DNA of 64,000 bases from Squalus acanthias (Eukaryota), in NCBI GenBank assembly GCA_030390025.1, contig CM059432.1:81098001-81162000 (forward strand), in the 5' to 3' direction. Positions 11,160 through 23,200 of this stretch are shown here, piece after piece (the stretch's first letter is position 1; every line of letters begins with the position of its first letter). The notes beneath the pieces are model-generated. The model had not been told where the DNA came from, did no database searches, and saw nothing but the letters and a program-made list of their open reading frames with translations. Made by a program: the position numbers and the translations under genes.

Positions 11160-12030
11160 GATCATCAATGATTTGGATAATGGGCTAGAGGGAGTGATGT
11201 CCAAATTTTCAGGTGATACTCACATAGAAGCTATAGTAAGTAATTCTTAGGACCAAAAGAGGTTGCAAGGGGATATTGATAAGATGGTGGAATGGACAAA
11301 AAAGTGGCAGATAGAATTCAATGTCAGTAAATGTGAGGTGGTACATATTGGTTAAAAAATGTTATAATTATACTTAGGGGAAAGCTGGGTGACATAGAAG
11401 AGCAGAGAGATTTGGGGGTTCAGGTTTACAAGACATTAAAAGCAACATCTCATGTGGATAAGGCCATAAAAAAGCTAATGGAATACTGGGTTTTATGGTG
11501 AATCTATATAAAACCTCGGTAAGACCACAGTTGGAGTACTGTGTGCAGTTGTGGGCACCACACTATAGGAAGGATGTTGAAGCAATTGGGGCGGGGGGGG
11601 CGGGGTACAGTACAGATTCACTAGGATGCTGCCTGGTATGAGTAAATAAAAATATGAAGAAAAACTTGAAGAATTGGGTTCATTAGAAAAGATGAGATAA
11701 AGGGGTAATTCGATAAGAGTTGTTTAAAATTATGAAGGAATGCTACAGTAGAAAGAAAGAAACAGTTTCCCAGTAGTTGAGGGGACTAAAATATAAAATA
11801 TTAAATGTAAGAGATTTAGGACAGAGAGCAGGAGAAACTTTTCACAGAGAGTTGCGAGGCTGTGGAATGCACTGCCAGAGACCGTGTCAACATTTATGCA
11901 TAGATTAGATAGGTGGTTGAAGGAAAGAGGGACAAAGAGATATGGGGACTGAGCGGGCACATGAAAACAGGACTACATTCATGTGGAGGATAGGTACTGA
12001 CATGGATTGAACAGCCAGTTTCTATGTAAT
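11160..12030 (+). mobile_element. Highly decayed CR1 3' fragment
   Basis: ATCAATGATTTGGAT, AGACCACAGTTGGAGTACTGTGTGCAG, TGGAATGCACTGCC match the other CR1 copies. Confidence 0.8.
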
Positions 12031-13598
12031 TTACTTTTTAAGTTTATCCTTTCAAAGTTCTATCCATTATTTTGTGCAGAATTTCAGTTTAAATCCTGCA
12101 TAGTATTTTTTATGGACTTGCAAAAGTTGTATTAGTCTTACCATTCTGTAAACTTACTTGAATTTCACAGTGAGAATAAGGGAGAATGTTGTGTTCATTT
12201 GAGTGTTGTTTTGAGTCCAATCTACTTACATGTGCAGAATGGACAGTTACTCCTATGGTAGAAAGATCAGTTTAAGGTATGTTTCCCAATACACCATTCT
12301 TAAAGGCATCTTGAATTCCATTATCAAGGCTGGACATGTTAGGTTTGATTTATGTGTAATGATTATATTCAGTATTTAGAATCTCTTTTAAAATGATTGG
12401 ATAAAAAAGATTTTCAAATAACCCATTTCTATTTCACTGGCTCTACAAATCATAATGCCAAAGGGAAGATAATTCTGGATTGTGCAATAGTTCAGCACAA
12501 ATGAGAGAAGGTTGTGCAGGCAAGAGGATTTTCATGTTCTTTTGGCCTGTTTTCAAACACTAGAACACTTAAGTTGTAAGTTGCTGTTTAGTTTGAAATC
12601 TGAGCATATCTTGTAGTGTCCTTTGTGTTACATAAATGTAATGGATAATGGCTCTAGTTTTATGAGATCCACACAGGAATTTGAGAAAGAAATACTTTTT
12701 CTGATCTGCTGTAGTCCAGGAAACCCAAAAATAAAATCCTAAAAGGTGCTAAGGCAACCCAAATAGTAGGCAGATGATGTTGCAATGTCAGCAGTGAACC
12801 ATGGAAATTACTTTGTGCACGTGTCATGAAATTGCAAGTAGCTAATAAGGGATTTCTTAAAAAGGAGAAAACTTTTATGGTGTTGAATGCGGAGAAGGCA
12901 TTAAATGCATTAAACTCTCCAACATTGAAGCATTATAGCAATAGTGTGACCGAGGGGTAAATTTGAACTTCGGGGGTTTAAAACTGGCAGTTTTAGATCG
13001 GCTACCCATTATACATCCCACCCGACTTTCATTGTGACACAGGCTGTATGTGTGGTAAATGGTAAGTTTGTGCAGACTCGTGACTTTCAATTTATTATAA
13101 ATATATAACAGAAAGTATATACTTCATGGAATGGTTTCATTCGCTTTTTGATTTTTTTTTGTCAGCTGTGGCACTAAATGCAGATGCTGGTTGTGCATTG
13201 TTTCACTGGGGGAATTTTAACCCTAAGAATGGGTGGATTTAGGCCGGGTAGGTAGGTAAAATAAGTAATTTTTAGATCGTGACTGCAACCTGGCTCCAAC
13301 GCACCCACTTCCTGGTTTAACCGAGGCGCGTTGGATGCCTGCGAGTCCTTAATTAGTGCAGGTAGGCGGGTACTTATCGCAGAAATTAACATCCTTATAA
13401 ACCATTAATGAGGTCTTTTTGCTTTGAATTTTACTTACCTTTAAATTTAACATTTCGGCAGCTGAAGAGGGGGTACGAGAAGGACAGTATCCAGCGGGTA
13501 AATGCTTTTCCAGCACTGCATGTGGGCCAGGAGGAGCAGGAATGCTTCCCCGGTCTCTCAAGCAAACCTGGTTCCCACCCCACGATCGGTCTACCCCA

Positions 13599-14056
13599 CA
13601 TAGAATCACAGAATCATAGAATTTTACGGCGCAGAATGAGGCCATTTGGCCCATCGTGTCTGCCGGCCGAAAAAGAGCTATCCAGCCTAATCTCACTTTC
13701 CAGCTCTTGGTCCGTAGCCTTGTAGATTACGGCACTTCAAATGCATACCCAAGTACTTTTTAAATGTGATGAGGGTTTCTGCCTCTACCATCCTTTCAGG
13801 CAGTGAGTTCCAAACCCCCCACCATCCTCTGGGTGAAAAATTTCTCCTCAACTCACGTCTAATCCTTCTACCAATTACTTTAAATCTATGCCCCCAAGTT
13901 ATTGACTTCTCTGCTAAGGGAAATAGGTCCTTCCTATCCACGCTATCTAGGCCTCTCATAATTTTATACACCTCAATTAAATCTCCCTTCAGTCTCCTCT
14001 GTTCCAAAGAAAACAACCCCAGCCTATCCAATCTTTCCTCATAGCTAAAATTCTCA
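13599..14056 (-). mobile_element. CR1 3' fragment
   Basis: DRLGLFSLEQRRLKGDLIEVYKIM; (ATGATTCT)n tail at 13600-13620. Confidence 0.9.
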
Positions 14057-14104
14057 ATGATCTACCCCCCACTCCCTGCCACATTCCAACCACAATCTCC
14101 CAAC

Positions 14105-15225
14105 CCCGACCTTCCATCCACGATCTCCCCTCGACCTTCCATCCACGGTCTCTCATCCGACCTTCCATCCACGATCTCCCCCCGACCTTCCATCCACGGT
14201 CTCTCATCCGACCTTCCATCCACGATCTCCCCCCGACCTTCCATCCACGGTCTCTCATCCGACCTTCCATCAACGATCTCTCCCCGACCTTCCATCCACG
14301 GTCTCTCATCCGACCTTCCATCCATGATCTGCCCTCCCCGACCTTCCATCCACGATCTCCCCCCGACCTTCCATCCACGGTCTTTCATCCGACCTTCCAT
14401 CAACGATCTCCCCCCGACCTTCCATCCATGGTCTCTCATCCGACCTTCCATCCATGATCTGCCCTCCCCGACCTTCCATCCACGATCTCCCCCCGACCTT
14501 CCATCCACGGTCTTTCATCCGACCTTCCATCCACGATCTTCCCCCCTGACCTTCCATCCACGGTCTCTCATCCGACCTTCCATCCACGGTCTCTCATCCG
14601 ACCTTCCATCCACGGTCTCTCATCCGACCTTCCATCCACGGTCTCTCATCCGACCTTCCATCCACGATCTCCCCCGACCTTCCATCCACGGTCTCTCATC
14701 CGACCTTCCATCCACGGTCTCTCATCCGACCTTCCATCCACGATCTCCCCCCGACCTTCCATCCACGGTCTCTCATCCGACCTTCCATCCACGATCTCCC
14801 CCCCGACCTTCCATCCACGGTCTCTCCCCGACCTTCCATCCACGGTCTCTCATCCGACCTTCCATCCACGGTCTCCCCACCCCAGACCTTCCATCCACGA
14901 TCTCCCCCCTCCGACCTTCCATCCATGATCACCCCCCTGACCTTCCATCCACGATCTCCCCTCGACTTTCCATCCATGATCTCCCCCCCGACCTTCCATC
15001 CACGATCTCTCCTCGACCTTCCATCCACGATCTCCCCCGACCTTCCATCCACGATCACCCCCCCGACCTTCCATCCACGATCACCCCCCCTGACCTTCCA
15101 TCCACGATCTCCCCCCCCCCGACCTTCCATCCACGATCTCCCCCCCCCCCCGACCTTCCATCCACGATCTCCCCACCCCTGACCTTCCATCCACGATCTC
15201 CCCCTCGACCTTCCATCCATGACAC
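14105..15225. repeat. C-rich minisatellite with interspersed ~24-27-bp variants
   Basis: Core CGACCTTCCATCCACG followed by either ATCTCCCC(n) or GTCTCTCATC, roughly 45 units. Confidence 0.95.
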
Positions 15226-15499
15226 CCTCCTCTCTGCTCCCCGGCTGTTGCACACCAGCCCAGGCTAGCCTGCCCAACAGCTAGTCAGCCTCTCAATCTG
15301 GATGGCTGCCAGGTGGGATATGGAGAAAATTAAATTAAATTAGGTCCTGCCGTTTAATTTGGCAGGACTTCCGTTTTACCCGCATTTCCAGTTTTCCCGG
15401 CTGCTCCGACCCCGCTCCTACCCCATCATCCGTAAATACTGGGGCCATTGTATCCACACTGAAAGATTCAGGACTGTGATTGTCACCAAGAAATAATTT

Positions 15500-17018
15500 G
15501 TAGTTGATAACGATATTCAATCATGTAGTCATATTGTGACAACAACACTGCCCAACATTGCATTCTTGATGCGGCCATTGCAGGGAAGGCAGATTTGGGC
15601 CCCAATATTGCTCGGCGTGGTTTGTGATCGGTTATCAGGGTAAACTTTCTCCCAATCAGGAACTGTTGGAATTTCTTGATTCCAAATACTATGGTGAGTG
15701 TTTCCTTTTCAATTTGCGCATAGTTCTTTCACTCTTTGTGAGGGTTCACGATGCAAACGCGATTGGTTTCTCTTGGCCGTCATCCATTACATGGCTTATG
15801 ACAGCTCCCACACCGTAGCTGGAAGCATCACACGCTAACTTAAGCTCACGCTCTGTGTCGTAGTGCACAAGTAGAGCATCGCCAGAGAGACTTCTCTTAC
15901 AAGCGTCGTAAGCTTCCTGTTGTGCCTTCGTCCACTTTCACTGGACATCCTTCTTGAAGAGCTCGTGCAATGGTCGCTAACTCAGGTAAGAAACGTGCGT
16001 AGTACTGGACCATTCCAAGGAAAGATCTTAACTCAGACACGTTCTGTGGCTTTGGAGCATTGATGACAGCATCAACTTTTCCCTTCACTGGTTGCAAGCC
16101 ATTTGCATCAACTTTCAGACCGAGGTACACAACCTCAGGCTGCACAAAAGCACATTTGCTCCTTTTCAATTTGACGTTGTGGGCATTCAACCTTTGAAGC
16201 ACTATATCTAACACTTCTAGATTTTCAGCACATCGTCTTGATTGCATAAGCAATTTGGAACTCCTTGCAAAATCTTATCAATCGTAGCCTGGAAGATTTT
16301 GGGGGAGGACTTTACACCGTACGGCAGCTTGGTGTATGAGTACAGACCCTTGTGTGTATTGATGGTGAGATACTGCTGACTCTCTTTGTCAACATTCAGC
16401 TGAGCGTAAGCCTGTGACAGGTCAAGCTTGGAGAAAACCTTTGACCCAGAGAGTACTGCATACAAATCTTGCGATGTAGGTAACGGGTACTGCTCATCGT
16501 CAACTGCTTGGTTGATAGTCACTTTGTAGTCACCGCACAAGCGTACAGTTTTGTCTGCTTTGGGCACTATCACAATCGAGGTAGCCCATTCACTTTTGTC
16601 AGTTTTTACTAGCACTCCGTTCTCTCTGAGCTTCACTAGCTCTTCCTCCACCTGACTTTACAACGCATAGGGGACCGGCCTTGCCTTACAATAGACAGGC
16701 TTTGCGTTGGACTTGATGCGGATATGCGCGTTATACCCAGTGATGCCCTCATAACTGTCTGTGAACATGCTTTCGTACTTGTTCAGCAGTGTTGAGTTGC
16801 TTCTTTGAAGCAGCTAAACTGAAGATGTTTTTCCAGTCTAGTTTTAACTTTCTCAACCAGTCTTTGCCCATGAGAATTGGCCTGTTTTAGCTTGCTACAA
16901 TAATAGGCAGCTTTACTGACTGACCATTGTGTTGAACTGTACATTCCATTTGTCCACATGTCTCTAGGATTTCTCCAGAGTAGGTTTTTAACTCTACGGT
17001 ACTTTTTGTAAGTGGTAT
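15500..17018 (-). pseudogene. Gypsy pol remnant (protease end, RT, RNase H)
   Basis: VRLCGDYK, FSKLDLSQAY, LPYGVKSSP, NQDD, YLG, RSFLGMVQYY, CDASSYGVGAV, FTLITDHKP; multiple frameshifts. Confidence 0.9.
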
Positions 17019-18080
17019 TTAATTAAACTTACCCTCATATGTATCCTTACTCATGATAGAGCAGTCCACTGCTGTGTCAATACACATATCAATATATTGC
17101 TCGTTGATCAAAAGTTTTGTATGGAAGTCTTTCTCACGACTACTATCGTTGCCACTCGTGGCATAGATACTGTAGATGCTTAGTTCTTCAACATCAGGTG
17201 TGTTCACTTCAATATCGTGAACTCTTCCCTTTTGTTGTTGCTGCTTTGCATTGCCACTAGAATAGTTCTTACTTCCTGCTTTAGATCTAGCTCTGCAAGC
17301 TGTTGAAATATGGCCTGGCTTCTGGCAGTGAAAACACTTCGCATTTCTGTATTGGCAGGACTGTGGTGAGTGATTTCCATTGCAGCGACAACAATTCACT
17401 GAACTGCTCTCGCCGACATGCTTTTGACTCGGTCTCTTAGCTTTAGGTTTGGCGGTGGCTTTGTGACTGTAGACCTCAGCTGCACTAGTCACTTGCGTTG
17501 AACGGAGCTCCCTAGCATTCTTAGATGCCATCTCCATAGATAGGGCAATTTTGCATGCTATTTCAAACGTTAGGTTCAGAGTGTTCAGTAACTTGGACTG
17601 TCTGTGCTCATCCACCAGTCCACACACAAACTTGTCTCGCAATGCACAATCCAAAAATGTCCCTAAGTTGCAATGCAAAGACAGGTTCTTAAGAGCTGCA
17701 ATGTACTCACTGATGGTTTCACTTTGTTTTTGGTTTCTCGTATCAAACTTATAGCTCTCTGCTATTTCTAACGGCTTTGGGTCCAAATGGTCCTCGAGTT
17801 TCTCAACAATGTCTTCAACCGACGCATCCTTCACTTTCCCTGGCACGAGTAGGTTTGTCAGCATTCCATAGACATCTGGCCCGATCTCCGTCAGAAAAAT
17901 TACTTTTTTACGTTCACAAATTACTTTATTTTGAGCTTGAACATTCTCATCTGCACCTTCGGTCTCAATAATGTTATTGGCCCTAAAAAAAATCTCCATC
18001 TGCTCAATGTAAGAACTGAAAGGTTCGCGAGCTCGGTCATACATGCCGAGGCTTCCGATGAATCCCTTAGGCGCAGCCAT
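17019..18080 (-). CDS. Gypsy Gag with CCHC zinc knuckles and start of aspartic protease (premature stop)
   Basis: Open 353-aa ORF: LRDKFVCGL, CCRCNGNHSPQSC, CFHCQKPGHISTAC, MCIDTAVDCSIM. Confidence 0.85.
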   Translation of the reverse strand: MAAPKGFIGSLGMYDRAREPFSSYIEQMEIFFRANNIIETEGADENVQAQNKVICERKKVIFLTEIGPDVYGMLTNLLVPGKVKDASVEDIVEKLEDHLDPKPLEIAESYKFDTRNQKQSETISEYIAALKNLSLHCNLGTFLDCALRDKFVCGLVDEHRQSKLLNTLNLTFEIACKIALSMEMASKNARELRSTQVTSAAEVYSHKATAKPKAKRPSQKHVGESSSVNCCRCNGNHSPQSCQYRNAKCFHCQKPGHISTACRARSKAGSKNYSSGNAKQQQQKGRVHDIEVNTPDVEELSIYSIYATSGNDSSREKDFHTKLLINEQYIDMCIDTAVDCSIMSKDTYEGKFN

Positions 18081-18318
18081 GATTGTCCCGATCCCGTCGA
18101 ACAGTGACTCAGCACGCTACCTGTGTACATGTGAGAATCAACGCCACTGTTGCTGTGTATACATACACACGAAGGTGAAGCACAGATGATTCTGCATCAG
18201 CATTAACGGTAAAACATCGCAAAAATTCAGTTCAGGTGTCACAAATTCACCTTAAACTTGTCCACTCAAAGGTTGAACACTGTGTCCTTCCATGATCCCT
18301 AAAAATGTCTTTTTTGGG

Positions 18319-18336
18319 ATCCCATCTTCGTCGCCA
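18319..18336 (-). promoter_or_regulatory. Primer-binding site, complementary to the tRNA-Ser(GCU) 3' end
   Basis: Minus strand TGGCGACGAAGATGGGAT, 3 nt from the LTR; one mismatch to my recollection of vertebrate tRNA-Ser(GCU) ...ATCCCATCCTCGTCGCCA. Confidence 0.75.
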
Positions 18337-18339
18337 AAA

Positions 18340-18501
18340 TATAATATACTTAGGTAGAACAAATGAAGGACAGAGACACAATGAGTTGCTAGTCCATATG
18401 CTTGCTTTATTAGGCCAGAGCGAACTGAGCATGCTCATACCAAACCATGTGATAATACATTACACTTATGTAAAGGAGGGACAGTATAATCATACACTAC
18501 A
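18340..18501 (-). repeat. Short (~160 bp) 5' LTR
   Basis: Minus strand starts TGTAGTGTAT, contains AATAAA, ends ATATTATA (degenerate TG..CA) just before the PBS. Confidence 0.7.
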
Positions 18502-20292
18502 ATGAGTCAGTATCTTCAGCAGAGGAGGAATGTAAACCACGAAGGGATGGAATTGACCAAATATTGCAGATGTAATCTCTAAGTTAAATACTGAAATACA
18601 AAGTCAAAAGGTAATTAGCTTATCCAATGAGTCATTTTGATTTCCTGATGTATCTATTTTCAGTGGAGTACGATTTACCCACTATCTAGGTTATGTCTTT
18701 GTGATTGGATAAATCCAGATGAAACCTTTATGGGTGTGATAACCTTTGAATACTTCTAACTAAAGATATTACAGTTGCAGAGCACATATAATGGGTTAAC
18801 TTTCACAGATTGATTTGGTTTAGTGGCTAGATAGTGAGTGCTAATCTCATTGGCCTTTCTGAAGGCTTATCTTAAAACTGCACCTTAAAGCAGATGAATG
18901 CAATCTGTCAATACTTTTTCAGTAACCTCATCGCTGGTATTATATGCAGTATAATTTTTTCATACTTTTATACTAGTACTAGTACTTTATTTTCCTCTGA
19001 ATATGTCTTTGCTTGCTTTAGCTTTAGAGCAACTCCTCCTCACCAATTTGCCATATTGCTAACTCTGCACTGAGTACATGAATTTATTGGATGAATTCAA
19101 ATATGTGGCACAGGTTAAGGATACAATAAGAACTTTTTTTTGCAAAGGATTGCATGAGTGAATTTATAAGCATATTAGGAATAATGTTTCATATATAAAT
19201 GACTACTTCAAAAGGAAATTCTCTTTGATTATAGATTGCTTTTTCATGCTCAATGCACCCATGAGTATCCCACTCACCACTGGCAGCAGGGTTTTAAACC
19301 TAATAAAACAAATGAGTCGGAAATTAAATTGTCTGAATCTGCATCAACCTGCGTTCACTTTATCCCACCATGGGACCTCTGACTTTAACTCTGGACTTCC
19401 TCCTATTGTCTCCTATCTATTCCCTGTTACTACCAGGAAATATGTATTCTAATCACTGCTACATAACCAGTCCTATATAACTTGCGTTTTCCCTGTGTCT
19501 ATTCGCATGCGCATTTTGGCTGCCGCTCCGGACCCGAGCCGATCACTTCTATTTCCACATTTTTCTCCCCCTTTTTCTTTCTCTCCAGCCCACCTTGACT
19601 GCTCTCTCCTGTCATCATGCCTCCTTTCATTTCTCCTCTCTTCGATACTCTGCCCTCCCAAATCTCTACCACAACCCTTCATTACTCTTCGACCTTCCTA
19701 CTCTCCTGCCCCCATCTCAGGTTTGACTCCCTCTTAGATAAGCCTACAGCTTCCCTCTGTGCCTCTCTTGGCATCCTCCGAAGGGCCCATCGAGGCACTC
19801 GTCACTGCCTCCTCACGAGCAGCAACCCCAACTGTATCATCCTAATCTCTCACCGACCTTCTTGCCCAGTGCACCTGCTGGGGGCTAACCTTGCCACTCT
19901 CCTCCCCATCCAACTCACCCCTCGCAGTGCTGACCCTGTGGATTCGGCAGCGGATCAGCTATCACCGCCCCTCTCCGCATCTTCCTCCAGACTGCCCGTT
20001 CATTTGTGAACAATGCCCTTGCCATCTATGAGCTTATCGAGGCTGATTGCATCAACATCATGACCTTGACGGAAACCTGGCTGAGTGGTGATGACATCTT
20101 ACCCCTAACTGAAGCCTCACCACCTAGCTGTGCCATCCACCACTTGCCCCGCCAGACCATCGCGGTGGCGGTGTGGCCCTTATCAGCAAATCACACCTTG
20201 GTCTGTCCCCCTACTCCTCTGGCACTTTCTCCTCCTTTGAGCATCTCACCTTGCTCCACCCCTCTCACCTCTCATTTAAAAACCTCGTTCTT

Positions 20293-23200
20293 TCCTTTTA
20301 TATTCGTTCCTGGGATGTGGGCGTAGCTGGCAAGGCCAGCATTTATTGCCCATCCCTAATTGCCCTTGAGTTGGTGGTGGTGAGCCGCCTTCTTGAACCG
20401 CTGCAGTCCGTGTGGTGATGTTAGGGAGGGAGTTCCAGGATTTTGATCCAGCGATGATGAAGGAATGGCGATATAGTTCCAAGTCAGGATGGTGTGTAAC
20501 TTGGAGTGGAACTTGCAGGTGATGTTGTTCCCATGCTCCTGCTGCCCTTGTCCTTCTAGGTGGAAGAAGTCGCGGGTTTGGGAGGTGCTGCCGAAGAAGC
20601 CTTGGCAAGTTGCTGCAGTGCATCTTGTAGATGGTACACACTGCAGCCATGGTGCGCTGGTGGTGCAAGGAGTGAATGTTTAAGGTGGTGGATGGGGCAC
20701 CTATCAAGCGGGATGCTTTGTCCTGGATGGTGTCGAGCTTCTTGAGTGTTGTTGGAGCTTCACTCATCCAGGCAAGTGGAGAGTATTCCATCACACTGCT
20801 GACTTGTGCCTTGTAGATGGTGGAAAGGCTTTGGGGAGTCAGGAGGTGAGACGCTCACTGCAGAATAGCCAGCCTCTGACCTGCTCTTGTAGCCACAGTA
20901 TTTATGTGGCTGGTCCAATTAAATTTCTGGTCAATAGTGACCCCCAGGATGTTGATGATGGGGGATTCAGTGATGGTCATGCCGTTGAATGTCAAGTGGC
21001 GGTGATTAGACTCTCTCTTTTTGGAGATAGTCATTGCCTGGCACTTGTGTGGCACGAATGTTTCTTGCCACTTATCAGCCCGAGGCTGAATGTCGTTCAG
21101 GTCTTGCTGCATTCGGGCATTGACTGCTTCATTATCTGAGGAGTTGTGAATGGAACTGAACACTGTGCAATCATCAGTGAACCTCCCCATTTCTGACCTT
21201 ATAGAGTTATAGAGTTATACAGCACAGAAAGAGGCCCTTCGGCCCATCGTGTCCGCGCCGGCCATCAAGCCCTGTCTATTCTAATCCCATTTTCCAGCAC
21301 TTGGTCCGTAGCCTTGTATGCTATGGCGTTTCAAGTGCTCATCTAAATGCTTCTTGAATGTTGTGAGGGTTCCTGCCTCTACCACTCTTTCAGGCAGTGA
21401 GTTCCAGATTCTAACCACCCTCTGGGTGAAAAAGTTTTTCCTCAAATCCCCTCCAAACCTCCTGCCCCTTACCTTGAAACTATGCCCCCTTGTTATTGAC
21501 CCCTCTACTAAGGGGAAAAGTTCCTATCTATGCCCCTCATAATTTTGTACACCTTAATCAGGTCCCCCCTCAGCCTCTCTGCTCTAAGGAAACAACCCCA
21601 GCCTGTCCAGTCTCTCTTCATAGCTGAAGCGCTGCAGCCCAGGTAACATCCTGGTGAATCTCCTCTGCACCCTCTCCAATGCAATCACATCCTTCCTATA
21701 GTGTGGCGACCAGAACTGCACACAGTATTCCAGCTGTGGCCTAACTAGCGTTTTGTACAGCTCCATCATAACCTCCCTGCTCTTATATTCTATGCCTCGG
21801 CTAATGAAGGCAAGTATCCCATATGCCTTTTTAACCACCTTATCTACCTGTCCTGCTGCCTTCAGGGATCTATGTACATGCATGCCAAGGTCCCTCTGAT
21901 CCTCTGTCCTTCCTAGGGTCCTACCATTCATTGTGTATTCCCTTGCCTTGTTAGTCCTCCCAAAATGCATCACCTCACACTTTTCAGGGTTAAATTCCAT
22001 TTTCCACTGTTCTGCCCATCTGACCAACCCGTCTATATCGTTCTGTAGCCTGAGGCTTCCCTCCTCGCTATTTACCACTCCACCAATTTTCGTGTCATCT
22101 GCAAACTTACTGATCATACCCCCTACATTCATATCTAAATCATTAATGTACACTACAAACAGCAAAGGACCCAGCACCGATCCCTGCAGTACACCACTGG
22201 ACACAGGCTTCCAGTCACAAAAAGAACCTTCGACCATCACCCTCTGCCTCCTGCCACTAAGCCAATTTTGGATCCAATGTGCCAAATTGCCCTGGATCCC
22301 ATGGGCTCTTACCGTCTTGACCAGTCTCCCATGTCGGACTTTGTCAAAAGCCTTACTGAAGTCCATGTAGACTACATCAACTGCACTACCCTCATCCACA
22401 CACCTAGTCACCCCCTCGAAAAATGCAATCAAATTGGTTAGACATGATCTCCCCCTGACAAAGCCATGCTGACTATCCTTGAATAATCCTTGCCTCTCCA
22501 AGTGGAGATTAATTCTGTCCCTCAGAATTTTTTCCAATAATTTCCCTACCACTGATGTTAGGCTCACTGGCCTGTAATTCCCTGGTTTATCCCTACTACC
22601 CTTCTTGAATAATGGTACTACGTTAGCTGTTCTCCAGTCCTCTGGCACCTCCCCTGAGGTTCTGAAAATTTGTGTCAGAGCCCCTGCAATCTCCTCCCTT
22701 GCCTCACACAGCAGCCTGGGATACATCTCATCTGGGCCTGGGGATTTATCCACTTTTAAGCCCGCTAAAACCGCTAGTACCTCCTCCCTCTCAATACTAA
22801 TTTGTTGAAGTATATCACAATCCCCCTGCCTGATTTCTATGCCTACATCGTCCTTCTCCATAGTGAACACAGATGCAAAATATTCATTTAAAACCTCACC
22901 TACATCTTCTGGCTCTACACACAGATTGCCACTTTGGTCCCTAATGGGCCCTACTCTTTCCCTGGTTATCCTCTTGCCCTTAGTATACTTATAAAACACC
23001 TGATGGAGGGAAGGTCATTGATGAAGCAGCTGCAGATGGTTGGGCCTAGGACACTGCCCTGAGGAACTCCTGCAGCGATGTCCTGGGGCTGGGATGATTG
23101 GCCTCCAACAACCACAACCATCTTCCTTTGTGCTAGGTATGACTCCAGCCAGTGGAGAGTTTTCCCCCTGATTCCCATTGACTTCAATTTTACTGGAGCT

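Larger units (their letters stand above)
13208..15446. mobile_element. Harbinger-type MITE enlarged by a nested CR1 and a minisatellite
   Basis: Termini GGGGGAATTTTAA / TAAATACTGGGGCC, flanks ACT/ATT; internal core GTGGGCCAGGAGGAGCAGGAATG shared with 41709-42351. Confidence 0.6.
15500..18501 (-). mobile_element. Ty3/Gypsy LTR retrotransposon, 3'-truncated (no integrase or 3' LTR visible)
   Basis: 5' LTR, PBS, gag, protease, RT and RNase H in Gypsy order; homology ends near 15500. Confidence 0.92.

Noticed and set aside
12238..12276. Possible micro-exon (cag|...TTTAAG|gtatgt) upstream of the C8orf34 exons
   Set aside because: The frame needed to join 46120 in phase 0 contains TAG, and the peptide does not resemble the expected sequence
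14057..15268. 403-aa Pro/Ser-rich ORF and overlapping minus-strand ORFs
   Set aside because: They are translations of a stop-free minisatellite, with no splice or homology support
21933..22370. Antisense ORFs over CR1, L2 and RTE elements (also e.g. 39112-39531, 63317-63691)
   Set aside because: Shadow frames of retroelement coding sequence
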